From: Moniliella sp. 'wahieum'
Taxonomy: Eukaryota
Assembly: GCA_003971905.1 (NCBI GenBank)
Contig: RSEE01000037.1
Span: 434,001-498,000, forward strand
Length of the DNA stretch: 64,000 bases
Reading direction: 5' to 3'
In this document: positions 13,901 through 25,979 of the stretch, one piece after another
How the letters are laid out: each line of letters starts with the position of its first letter
Numbering within the stretch: position 1 is the stretch's first letter
Made by a program: the position numbers and the translations under genes
Notes under the pieces: generated by a model
Told to the model about the DNA's origin: nothing
What the model saw: the letters and a program-made list of their open reading frames with translations, nothing else
Databases searched by the model: none

Positions 13901-15515
13901 CGGCCATGAAAAACCGGATGAGGACAACGCCGAGAAAAGACGAGGGACAGGTAGAGTTCGACACTGGACGCCACACAGCCAATCGTTTGGGAATCAATCT
14001 GCCCAACGCCCACAATCTGTTCGAGGCAGTCAAACTCCTTGGCCACGCCCAGCTTGACCGCGATCGACGAAAGGTCCTTTCCAGCCCAGGTACTGTTCCG
14101 AGGACTGAGCTGATTGAAGAGGGGCGGATAGTTGAGCGTCGCCTTCTCCAGCATCAAAAGACGATCGAGTCCAAGACGGTATCCTTGTAGACGGCCAAGT
14201 TGCGTGTGGGCGAATACACGTCTTCCCACAGTAATAGACGTTGCCTTGGTTCTTGAACCCAGTGCTGTCCTTGACTGCTTTCTGGTTGGACGAAGCGAGC
14301 TTGTGGGTCATGTCGGTCCGGATCGAAGCCGAGTGGCACATGTCTGTCGGACTTTGGCCGCCATACCAGGGGCGCGACGAATTCTGAGGAATAATGCTGC
14401 AGGGAAAGTAGTTGGCGGCCGCCCAGCGGGGACGTTCCCCCGGGTGGGTTCCCCGACTTGGAGGTGATGAGTCCAGTACATTTCCATCGACTTTTGGAAG
14501 AGAAGAGAGATATCCTTGCCGCCCGTCAACCACGGATCCGAGTAGGCTGGGTTGGTATGGTTGTACAGTGTGTTGGCACCAAACGGACCGACTTGAGGAT
14601 GAAAAAATTGTTCATATCCACCTCAATGCCGTACAGGATGCTGGATCCCGTGTCGACCGAGCCGGCCTTGTACCGGTTGGCCGGCTTACCACACACGGTT
14701 TGGGTAAAGCCAAAGGTGAGAAGCCGACAAAGGCCATCGCCACCAATACCACGCCCAACAGACCAATCTTTTCTCGCCACGCGCGCTGCTGATCGGGCGT
14801 CTTGATCCCGCACATGCTCATCAAGGAGCTCGGGATAAAGCAGGTGAGGACAAACGAGTAAATCATAAACGGACCGACCGGTCCAGGAGCCAGGCGACTG
14901 GGTTTGAACTCGCCCAAGTCACGCGGTACCTCGGTACTCTTATCCTTATCGGCCTCCCCCGTCGGGCTGGTGACGACGAATGGAGACGCCGCGCTTGAGC
15001 ACATTGATTGCCGTTTCGAGCTGGTCATCATCCCTTCCCAGAATGGATTTGCCACGACGGATATTGGCCGCCGCTGGCCCCGATGCCGGCCCGCGACCCA
15101 ACCCACCGGCGGGATGTTGGACACAGGGGTCGCCACCGGGACGGAGGCCCAAGCCACTGAGTCCACCGCCGGGGCCGGCCTGGTTGCCCAGCTGGCACCG
15201 AAGGCAAGGCACCATTGTAGGGCATGTGGCCAGTGTTGGATGGGTAGCCCGGGCCCGGGGTGGAGGAGGAGGCCGCCTGCATGGGCCGCATGGTTGCGGT
15301 AGTACCATTGGCGGTGGCTTGGGTCCATCCTCTCCGGTCAGGGCGGACAAGGGAACGTTTGCGTTTGAACTCGGGGTTGGGGCGTGCGGTAGAAGAGGGA
15401 AGGAGGGAGGGGGGCTGCTCGGGGTCGTAGCTCAAGGCGTCGATGGAGGGTGGCAGGCCGGGCAAGCCGGCAGCGGCGTCGGATGTGCTACTGGTGGTGT
15501 TACGAGGATGGGCAT
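10960..15515 (-). CDS. Chitin synthase, class IV (yeast Chs3-like; GT2 family); intron 12587-12736; start approximate; several frameshifts
   Basis: Catalytic motifs [42 protein letters not shown] and [11 protein letters not shown]. Class IV features AWREKIGL...[10 protein letters not shown] and [22 protein letters not shown]. The intron GTACGT..CTGAC..GCAG joins [12 protein letters not shown]. Confidence 0.95.
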
Positions 15516-17363
15516 GGTGGAGTAGGGGTTGGGAAAGAGGGGCCGTGTCGGACGGATGGGAGCCAATTTGGTGTGCTCTGGTCAGGGCGAGGGGCGGTGG
15601 TGTGGGATGGGGCGGCGAGGCGAGCGCGGGCAGGCGGGCTAAGGGAGGTGAAGGACGGTGGGGGGGGAGAGGGGAGGAGGAGGAGGAGTGGCGGGCAGGA
15701 GGCGGGGGTGCCTACGCTCGTGGCCGTCGGGCAGGGGCAGTCGGGCAGACATGTGTGTGTGCACTGGATCGGTCCGCAGGGAGAGAGAAGGGTTAGGGGC
15801 GGTGGAGAGGAGGGAGGGAGGAATGAGCATTTGCCGCTTGGGGCTTTCCTTGGGGCTGCTTTGGCTTTGCTTCCCATTGGGCTGCGATGCGTTGGGTCGC
15901 TTGTCGTGGGTTCTCCATCCCCGGTGAAGCCGGTGAAGCTTGAAGCTTGAAGGATGAATCATCGGCCATCGGCTATACCGGGCGGTCTGCCGCCGCGAGC
16001 GAGGCGAGGAGCGAGCAGCAACCAAACTTAGAGTGCGTGTGCGGAGACTGCCCTGGTGCGGGTGGGGCGCCCAGGCGCGGGGCAGTGCTGCGCAGGCGCC
16101 ACCGCGCTAGGACGCGGCACGGGGGGACACACGCTCGCAGGCGTCGGCAGACAGGCGCCGTGGCCTCCGCCGCCGATGGACAGCGATCGCCTCCTCGTGC
16201 TGGCCACTCGCTCCTGCCTCCCCCGGCCCTCGCCGGTGCCTCGATGGTCGTCCGTCGCTCGAACCCCGTCAGCGTCGGGCCCCAGGCCTTGACGTTTACC
16301 CCCAGCACCAACTCTCCCTCTTCATGTCGCTCAACTTGAGCACTGCCCCTCTCGCTCCAAGCATTCGTCCATACGGTGTTCATATGCTTCTGCGGTATAT
16401 ACGGCCACTTGATCTGCACCCGCGCCACGCCACAAGCTCTCCGCTCGACTATGCTCGTCGATCGTCATTAATCATCGCCTCGCCTCATCGCTCATCAGCA
16501 TCATCGACATCATCTCTCGCCACATGCTTCCAGACACGGAGCTGCGACGCATAAGATGTTGCGAGTGCTATATCCGGAGACGAGAGAGACGCGGTGTGAG
16601 AGAATGGGTGTGTGGGTATATTGGTCATCGTGGTTGTGCTGTTGTGGGCAGGGAGCGGGTTGCAGATGCAGGCGGTAAGGACGGAGAGGAGCGGAGTACG
16701 GGTCAAGGAGCACGTATTCACGTTCACGCGTCACGTTTTTTCGCTTGTTACTTATTGCTGGTGGGCGCAAGGCCGGATCCAATGGTGGCTTAGCTCGTCT
16801 TTTGTTTTTTGACTCTGGCTGCCATCGACGGGGAAGGAGCTGGGCGGACGGAGGCGGCGAGGCGGGGGGTAAGCGTGTGCACGCCAGCGCAGCCTGAGCG
16901 CGGAGGCTGAGTGGGCCAGGCTGGAGCGAGCAGGACGCGGTCGGAGGACTGAGCGTGCTGATACTGAAGTGCTAACTCAGTTGATACTCAGGGGCGCCGC
17001 CCAGACCAGAGCGGGGTTAAGGTTAGGCGTTAGGCGCCCATAGGCAGGCGGCTGCCGGCGGGGAGACACACATCACACCGCTGACGTCACCAGCGCCTGC
17101 GCCACACTGGCGCCGCGCCAGCCTGTCACGCACAGGGGCTTGCGGGGGGGTGGCCCATGTCACGTGTGCCTGGCAGGCGGATCGGAGGACACCAGCATCA
17201 CCCATGCCCAGCACATCAGCGCAGACCCCGCACGTGAATCAGCCTGGCGCTCCCAATGCGGGGCTGGCACCAGTATGCGTCTGCCACACACGCTGCTATA
17301 TACACGCTGCTATATACACCCCTCCCCCTCCGCCCCCACCTCCGCCCCCCCTCCGCCCCCGCC

Positions 17364-20300
17364 ATGCTCTCGTCCCTCGCCCACGCCTCCGCCGCCCTCC
17401 TCGCCCCCCTCGCCCCCCTCCTCCCCTTCTCGCCCTCTGCCCCCCCCCCAGCCCCCACCCCCCCCCCAGAGGAGCCCCCCCCCCGCCCTGCTTCCGCCCG
17501 CCCTCCCTCAGGCCCCCCTGTGCGTTGCCAGCGCCGACACCACCGCCTCTCTCGCCCGCTTCACCCATGGGCCCAGTGCGTTTCCCCCCTCTCCCTCTCC
17601 CGGAACGCATGGCAGAAACTGACGCTGCCCGCGTGTGTGTTCTCACCCCATCCATCACCCACAGCCTTGCTCCCCGAACGCATTGCCTCGACCATCACCG
17701 CGGCCTCGGTCCTGGCGCGTCTGTCGCTCAGCACATCGGCCTTTTGCATGGACACCGTGCTGGATGTGTGCCGCTTTAGTACCTCGGCCACGCTGGGGGT
17801 TACGCGCCGTGCGCTCGTCTCGGTTTTGGCCCAAGCCCATCGTGTCCATTCGCTTACCACTGCTCCCCCTCTGTACCCGAACCCCGACCCAGAAACTGAG
17901 CCCGGGTCGGAGGAAGCGTCGGCTGCCCTCCCTTTGCCCGAGCCTTCGCGCGCCTGGCTCAGCCTGCACAGTCTGTCGGAACGAATCCAAGAAGAAGGGT
18001 TGGCGCGGGGCGCGCTGGGCCACATGGTGACGCTCCAAGGCCCATTGAACGTGTTGGATCGGTACAGTGCGCTGTGGACGTTTGTCATCCACCACTCGGT
18101 CACGGCGAGTGAGCTGCTGCTGCTGTCTGGCATCAACCTGCTCGACTCGTCCATCCGGGTCGGCTTGGGCACGGCCGACCTGACGATCCGTATGGTCGAT
18201 GGCTTGTTTGGCTTGAACGAGACGTCGCGTGCGCTGAATCGGACGAGGGAGATTGTCTGGGACGAATCGTGTACGTTGTTCGCCTTGCCCGCCCTGCTTC
18301 CCTGGGGGCAAAAGAAGAACAATGCGAATCAGGATCCCGATCCCGAGCAACCCACCGGCCCGACCACAAAGCATCGGTCAGCGCCACGCTCAAAGCCGGT
18401 TCGAGCGTGATCCGCGCCTACTTGGCCTTTGCCCTGCTGCAACAAGTTACTGCCAAACGCACGGCGAGCGAACTGCCGTTGCACGTCATGTACGACTGCA
18501 CCGTCCTCACCACCCCAGCAGAGGAAAATTGGCGCGGCATGGTGGTGGCCAAGCATGAGCATGCTCACCACAATCCCACCCACAAGCAACAGACCACCAT
18601 TCAGCCGTCCGACCCGCATCACCATCCCCTTCCCTCACCATCGTGGTTCAAAAAGGGCAAAAGAAGTTGACTCGCGCCTGCAGCACGTCGGAGCTCACCG
18701 CGCGTCCGTCTGTCCCCATGAACAGGTCGCGCCCTCTCCTGCGCCGCCGGTCCCTCGCAACGCTTCCCCCCCGCCCTCGTCCTCGCCCTCGACCCCGCTC
18801 TCGCTCATCTCTTCAGGAGTATGGTGTGGTGGAGGAGACAACAAGAGGTGCGCCGCCGCCCCTCTTCCTGTCATCAGCTCTGTCATCTACCGCTACTGCT
18901 ACCGCTACGACCACGACCACGACCACTACCACCACTACCACCACTACCACTACCACCACGCTGACAACCACCAGGAGTAATACGGGTCCTGTGCCGCCTG
19001 TGTCCTTGATTCACCCGTACCGACGACCTTCTTCTTCTTCTTCGTCTTGTTTCCCGTGTCCAACGGCGAGGCGAACCCTTTGCTCCCACCCGCGTTGCAG
19101 GACTACTTGACTGGGACGAAGCGGCTTCGGCTTCGGCTTCGGGTTTGGGTTCGGCTTCGGGTTTGGGTTCGGATTCGGATTCGGGTTCGTGTGCGGTATC
19201 GGACAATGAGGAGGAAGCGAGTGTCGTCCTGCCGGTTCGGTTGTCCCGTTCGATCAGCTCGGGGACCGGGTCGATGCTGAGCTCCATCCTGGCTGTTGAA
19301 GACGGGGCGCCAGATGCCGTGCCTTGCTCCTCGCTCCAACGGACGAAACAGGTCGTCCCTCGGTCGATCTCCTGTAGCTCCGACCAAAGGGGGGAAGAGA
19401 GGGAAGAGGAGGATGGGGAAGGGGAAGAGGGGGGGATGCACCAGTCCAACGTTTCTATTCCCATGGGCTCGGTCGAGGGTGCAACCGGTCCATTGCACAT
19501 GCACCGCACCGTACGAAAGACGAGCACTACCCAGCAGCACCACACGGTGCAGCAGGTAGAAGTGTGCAATTCGGACGGAGAGCGTTTTGTGGTGAACCGG
19601 ACCGTGATGGCCAGCGACGGTCTTCCCGCTGCAGCTATACCTGCCGTCGTACCTGCACTTGAGCTTGACCTTGCACACGAACCTGTCCCGCCTTTGGTTT
19701 CTACCGCCCCCGACCCAGTCCAAGTTCCTTCTTCTTCAGGAGCGTCCCATGCCACCGGTTCTAACCCTGCATCCGCTGCGTTGCACCCGCCCTGGCTCTC
19801 TGGCCTGGTGAGCGCTGCACCCTCGACCGGAGGAGGAGACAGCGTGGGTGTCGGACTTGCCCTCTGCACCGTCGGATTCGACGGTGCGTATGGAGGACGA
19901 GGAGGACCAAGTGCCGGTGCCCATGCCGGCTCTTGCCGACGACCAGTACCGCTCTGACCGCACCAACGAGGACACTTCCGATGGGCACGCTGATAATTCC
20001 ATGTGGCAAGGGGCTGCTCGTCCCGTCTTTCCCGCCTTGCACTTTGTCGACAACCTGTCGCTGTTTGTGCGGCACGCGTCGGCGGCGTACGGGCAGCATT
20101 TTATGCGCCTGTTCAACATTGGGCAGGGGCAGTACATGTTTGGGGACACGAGAGAAGCGCATTCGAACGTCTGGTCGTACGCGCACCACGTTGGGATCCC
20201 ACTGGACAACATATTGCTTTCACCTACACCGAGTCGGACTCGCCGCAGATCCACACCGAGCTCATGGACCCGATCGTCAACTTTATCTCGGTCGACGACC

Positions 20301-22108
20301 GGGCCAAGTGCGTGGTGCTGTCCTGCCGCGGCACACTGGGCTTGAGCGATGTGCTGACGGACAGCGTGTGCGATTACGAGACGATCCAAGTGCCCGGCGG
20401 CGGGGAGGCCGGGGCGTACTATGCCGTGCACGCAGGCATGCTGGCCTCGGCCATGCGCCTCAAACCGCCCGGGACAATGGTGCATACCACCTTACGGCGC
20501 GCGCTCATGCAACGTCCTGGCTACGGCCTGGTCTTGACCGGTCACAGTCTCGGCGGCGGGGTAGCCGCGCTGTTAGGACTCATGTGGAGCATCCCTACCG
20601 CCCACCAAGAAGCCGCTGATGGAGACGAAGAGGAGCGCAACGCGCCGCACCCCACCCCTTTCCAGCCGGAGGAATCAGAATCAGCACCCACACCCCCACC
20701 AACAAACGCGTGACGGGGGGTACGAGTTTGTCACGTCCAAAGCGTCGGGGCTGCCGATCGGGCGGCCGGTGCACGTGTACGGCTACGGCCCCCAGCCATG
20801 GTCTCGCTCGCGTTATCGCGCCACATGCGCGGGCTCGTCACCTCGCTCGCGCACCGGCACGACCTCGTCCCGAGCCTGAGCTTAGGCTTTGCCCATGACC
20901 TGCATACCATCGCGGACGAGATGATGAGCTGCGACAGCTCAGCCCACTTGGTCCGCGACGTCTTCTCGGCCGATCTTGGGCTTGTATCGCAACCGCAAAC
21001 TGGTCGCTGCCGCGCGTCAGGCCACCAGTCCCCCTGATGGACCTGATGGGCCTCAGGCGCCCGCGCCAGCGCCCACCACTCCCTCTCTCCCCCCTTCCCC
21101 CTTTGCTGGCTCCACAACGTCCGCTCCAGCGCCTCACGCTGTACCTGTCCCACCCGCCTCGGCTGCCGGCCAGACCGACGTTACCAACTACGCCGGCGCG
21201 CACGGTCCACTTACGCTGCACCGTACCGAGCATCATGGGTCCCCAGGTCCCGCGGGTACGAAGCATGCGTTCGAACGCCAGCAAGGGATGGTTCCCAGGC
21301 GGGGGGACGGGCCCAAGGTGGTGGCTGGGGGCGCGGCGGAGTCAGAGTCGGCATCGGCTTCAGCATCGACTTCAGCTTCAGCTTCGGCATCGGCATCAGC
21401 TTCGGCTGGATCAGTGTACCACCTGTTGCAGCAAGAGTCCGACACGCGCGAATGGCTCTGGGCGCGAATGCAGCAAGTGCGGTCGTTGATGCGGGCCGAA
21501 AAGCTGTATCCGCCCGGGGACGTGTATTTGATTGAGGCCAGGACGGTGTATGTGACACCAGGCCGGTCTTCTTTTTCTTCCGGGGACGACGAAGAGCAAG
21601 ACGAGCAAGAAGAGCAAGCGTGGGAGCAAGAGCAAGAGTGGGAGCAAGAGTGGGAGCAAGAGCAAGGTCCAGCCGTAGGGGCAGCAGAAGCCGATGCGCC
21701 GACTCAACCGCGAGCGCCACGCGCCGAGCCCCAACGCACACGAACCAAGGCAACGTACGAGGCCGAACGCGTGGTGCTCCGGTACGTAGAAGAGGTGGAG
21801 AAACGGTTTGGGGAACCGCTGCTTTCGCGCACCATGTTTACCGACCATACCCTCGCAACTGTACGTCTCTCCCCCCCTTCTCCTTATTGTTTACCTATTC
21901 CTTTTTGTTTTTTCTTTCCCTCCTTCTTATCTACTTGTTTCTACGTGACCCCCACGTAGGTCGAATATTCGACCGGATACGAATACTGACCCCGCGTGAC
22001 TCATCCCCTCCGTCTGCCTCTACCTACCCCCTCTACGAACACTGCGTTACGCTTTTGCACGAAGGTCTATTTGGCCCCCACCCCTCGACAGGCAGTGAGG
22101 GAGGGTAA
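17364..22108 (+). CDS. Class-3 lipase (Lipase_3 fold, DAG-lipase-like fungal family) with long low-complexity insertions; frameshifted; probable intron from 21861
   Basis: Nucleophile elbow LTGHSLGGGVA (~20535-20570), VVLSCRGTLGLSDVLTD, VHAGML, VYGYGP, HRHDLVPSLS, KLYPPGDVY and RTMFTDH near the C-terminus. Confidence 0.85.
18889..18972. repeat. Trinucleotide-type (CAC/TAC/GAC) low-complexity tract inside the lipase gene (poly-Thr in one frame)
   Basis: accgctactgctaccgctacgaccacgaccacgaccactaccaccactaccacc... Confidence 0.8.
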
Positions 22109-22332
22109 CCGGTAACCTGCCTTGCTTTCTTGTCTGCTTGCCTTGTTCCTTGTGTTCTTGGTCTGCTTTTTTCCTCCCGCTCGCAGGCATGGCTCGCTTC
22201 CCGTACATGGAGTCCAGCTTACCCCCTCCTTCTCTCGTCGTTTTTATATACCTTCTCTTCTCCTGCCTTTTCTACCCTCCCCCCCTCTTTGTTTTTCTCC
22301 CTCCACCGTCTCTCTTGCCTGTGCACGCTAGA

Positions 22333-22379
22333 TACCATACTACCATACCATACCATACCATACCATACCATACCATACA
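22333..22379. repeat. (ATACC)n pentanucleotide microsatellite
   Basis: taccataccataccatacca... about 9 units. Confidence 0.9.
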
Positions 22380-22728
22380 TTGGCCAGGTCGGCTGGTCGA
22401 GAGACTGACTGCCTTGGAGTTGCAACCGACCAGGCTTTAAAAGAAGGGGCACGGGGTCACGTGACGCGCGCGTGCGCTCGGGCCGCGGCCGCCATGCCAT
22501 CCACCCACACAGCCCCCGTGCGGGGGGTGGCGCGGCGGCCCACGTGGCGACCCAGCTGGCCAAGCCAGGCCAGCCAGGCACCGCAGGCCCCTCCACTCGC
22601 CTCGGCGCGCCTCGTCGCCACCGCCCTCCACCGCTCTCCCGCTCCATGTCCCTTCCTGGCGCTCCCAGTACAGGCACAGGCACAGGCACAGTGCGGGTGC
22701 GGGTGTGCCCTCGCCGGCGCGCAAACGC

Positions 22729-24651
22729 GATGTCGACATGGAGAAACTGCTGAGTGACCTGGACAACCTGGCGCCGCTTGCTTCGCGTGCGTCCGAAAGC
22801 GGGGCCGGGTCCCGCCCGAGCTGATTGAGCCTGCTGCGACTGGCGACCGCCCGATGCCCAGAGTTTGCTCGACGACTTGGACTCGCTCGTCCAACGTCCA
22901 CAGAGTCGCGGCGTGGCCGGGATGGCGTCGGCGTCACCTTCGACGCTCACGCCTACCCGGGTCGTGGGCGTCGGCGGAACTGGAGGTCCGCCTCGTGCGC
23001 CCGGCTCAGGCTCGGCTTCCACGCCTCGTACCTCCCTCTCGGGCTCGCTTCAGCGTGTGGACCGGACTGGTCTTGCCTCGGGATCGGCTTCGCCGGCGTT
23101 GGCTCCTGCCACCCCTACACCCACCCGTTCTACGCTCCCGAACCGTATGGGTTCCACTTCGCCGGCACTTACTTCGACCCCTGTGCCCGTGGCTACACCT
23201 ACACCCCCCCGCTGCCGCCGCTAGCCCCGTGCCGTCTACGCCCGAACCGAAGTCCACCTGGGCGGCTGGGGGTCGATGTGGAGCCAAGCGACCAAGTTGG
23301 CGGACCAAGCGCGTGCGGAGCTGGAGCGGCACACCTCCTCCGAGCTGGCCAGCGCGAAGGAAGTCGCTGAAAGCCAGCACCACCGTCTTGGGGAGTTGAG
23401 TGCGTTGGCGGCGCGCTCGGTGCACGCGGGTGGGACTTGGCGCGCAAATGCAGCATTATGTCCAGAGCAGTCGGGGCTGGATTTGGAAAAGATCGGGAAC
23501 CAAGTGAGCAGGTGGGCCGACGTGGGTTTACCGAGTTGATCCAAGCGGTTCCCAGCCGGTGGCGGAACATGATATTTTGCAAGTGCAAGTGAGCCATGGT
23601 GCGTATCGTTTCCTGGTTGGGAGCAGCGGAAAGCAATGGGAGGGGACTAACGAGCTGAACGGGGGGGGGAACTTGTGTGTGTGTGTTGTGTGTGTGTGTG
23701 TGGTGTGTGTGTGTGTGTGCGTGTGCAATGGAACCAGATATGGATGGGTACGAGGGCATTGTGGATGTTGTGTTCCAAGCAATGAGTCGGGTGCTGGAGC
23801 ATCGCGCTAGCGATTCGTCGATTGAACATCACCTCATTGCGGACCGGGTGTACCTGACGCCGAGCAGGCGCAGAGGACACCTACCGAACGCAACCTTCAC
23901 CCCGTACAAGGGTTGGATCAAGGCGCCCGCCACGCCCACCAGATTATCCAGCAGCTCGTCCACCTTCTTCCTCCCACGGGCCCAGCGATCCCAGCCAAAG
24001 GAGAAAGACAAGATTGACGAGATTAGGCAGTCGGCCCAGCAGCCCCACTCCAGCCCCAACACCACCACCAATACCAATCAGGACAAGGACAAGGGTGAGG
24101 ACGAGGAGACCGTTGCCACGCCCACGGAGATCTCCACTTCGACCGATACGATTTACTTGCGTTTGCAACCGACGTATGCGCCGCTCCCGTGGGGTTCGGG
24201 CAAAGCGCCCTCGGACCCCAAGACGGAACATCTGTTTTCCTCCTTCACCTGTTTGACCCCACGCACGACTTGACATTTACCACGCTCAGCCAGCCGATTC
24301 CTACTTCGTTCTGTACGTGTTCCTCTTTGCCGCTGGATGGCCCGTTCTCCGTTGTTGACGCTGACACTACGAAACAGTCGAGGTATCGTTTGAGGAAAAC
24401 GTGTGGGTGGAACAGAGCTTGACCGATGTGGTAGAGGTGGCTGTGGGTGTGCTTACCCACGTACGTTCCCCTTCCCTCTATCCCTCCTACTCCCCGTGTC
24501 CGCTGAACTACGGTACTGACCTGCTACCTCTGCTCTCCCTTGGCGGATAATAGGAGTACTTGGGCGCCCGCCTCGCGCTCCGTACCGCCGAACAAGAGGA
24601 AAAGAAGAACCAAGTTCCGCTCTTGGAGCAGCCTGCGCAGCCTGCGGCTTG
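22729..24651 (+). CDS. MTC1-like (maintenance of telomere capping 1 family) protein; intron 23599-23737 plus further 3' intron(s); frameshifted
   Basis: Pattern matches the family as remembered: LLDDLDSL N-terminus, WGGWGSMWSQATKLADQAR, VAEHDILQVQVSH-DMDGYEGIVDVVFQAMSRVLE (restored by splicing), IYLRLQP, FLLHLFDPTHDLTFTTLSQPIP and WVEQSLTDVVEVAVGVL-EYLGARL. Confidence 0.7.
23674..23725. repeat. (GT)n microsatellite within an intron
   Basis: tgtgtgtgtgtgttgtgtgtgtgtgtgtggtgtgtgtgtgtgtgtgc. Confidence 0.9.
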
Positions 24652-24969
24652 AGCAAGCACAAGCGCAAGTGCAAGAGCGGCCCACCACGTTCCTTTTGGA
24701 CCCCGCCGTACATGGTTGGGACCACGCATGGCCTGGGCCCGTGTCCTGGCGTACAGGAGCAAGGTATAGGAGCAACGCACACACCCCGCCCCTGAACCCA
24801 CCCTTGAACCTACGTTTGAACCCAGCCCTGAATCCACCAACCTACCACCCTGTTGGTGGACACCGCTCGCGGTGGGCCGCGTGGGCGAAGCAACCGTTTG
24901 GGAACCTACGGAATCAACTCGTACCTCTACGGGTGTAGGTACGCCATCTTTGATAGTATGCAGTCGAGC

Positions 24970-25190
24970 GGAAAAAGAATGGGAAAAAGAATGGGAAAAG
25001 GAAAGGAAAAGGAAAAGGGAAGGAAAAGGGAAGGAAAAAGGAAAGGGGAGGAAAGGAAAGGGGGGAAAGGAAAGGGGAAAGGAAAGGGGAAAGGAAAGGG
25101 GAAAGGAAAGGGGAGGAAAGGAAAGGGGAAAGGAAGGGAAAAGGAAAGGGAAAAGGAAAGGGAAAAGGAAAGGGAAAGGGAAGGAAGAAG
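24970..25190. repeat. ~220 bp polypurine tract of GGAAA/GGGAAA-type units
   Basis: Almost exclusively A/G on the + strand, e.g. ggaaaggggaaaggaaaggggaaagg. Confidence 0.92.
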
Positions 25191-25979
25191 CAAGAGACAA
25201 AGTAGAGCAAATGAAGCAGCAGCCGAAGCCTGAGTAGGGTCTAGCGTGCGTCACTTGGAGAAGTGGATGAGAGGAATGAGCATTTTTTCTTTTTCTTGTT
25301 TCTTGTTTCTTGTTCCTTATTTCTTGGATCTGTTTCTTCCCAGAAAGGGGGAGGGCGGGGGGGGGGGGGGGGGGGGGGGAAAGGAAAAGAAGAAGCGGCG
25401 ATTGATCGGCCTGAACAGTGAATGGGGGTGCGGTGAACAGGACGGATGGATAGATACAGTAGGCAATGAAGGCACACCAAAAAGGCACAATGGGAACGAG
25501 AGAAAGAGATGGAAATGAGAGAAAAGAGGAAGTCAAAAGACGAAGTCGAAGAGGAGAGGGGGAAGATGATGGACGGTGACATGGGGCGCATGGGTGGCAT
25601 GGTGGAAGATGATCAATGGCCAATAGCATGGGACATGGGACAGGATGCCAGAGGCCAGGCGCAAGAAGATAAATGACACAAAGGTGACAAGCCAGCCAGA
25701 GCAAGGGGGGCAAAGGCACAAAAAGAGACCAAACCGAACCCAACCGAATCGAAAACAAAAGAAAGACAAAACACAAACCAAACCGAAATGGAACCCGAAA
25801 CTGAAGCACCCGAACCGTGCAGCCGAAACGAACCGAAGACGACGAGAAAAAGTACGCAAGAAAGGGCAAAAAGGCAACAAAGAAGATAAACAGATGGGTT
25901 CTAACCTCAGCCCCTGCACCACCGTTCCCCAACCGCGCCCACGCCACCCGAATCGCGGTCGTACGCAAATACATATGCT

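Noticed and set aside
15973..16830. Short ORFs between the chitin synthase and the lipase
   Set aside because: No domain, no consistent frame and no intron signals; more likely divergent promoter or UTR sequence.
17010..17036. Telomere-like GGTTAAGGTTAGGCGTTAGGCG
   Set aside because: Only a few degenerate units and no TTAGGG array.
24508..25974. 488-aa hydrophobic ORF
   Set aside because: It mostly translates polypyrimidine/T-rich low-complexity DNA (FPFLFPF repeats) and is not a credible protein.
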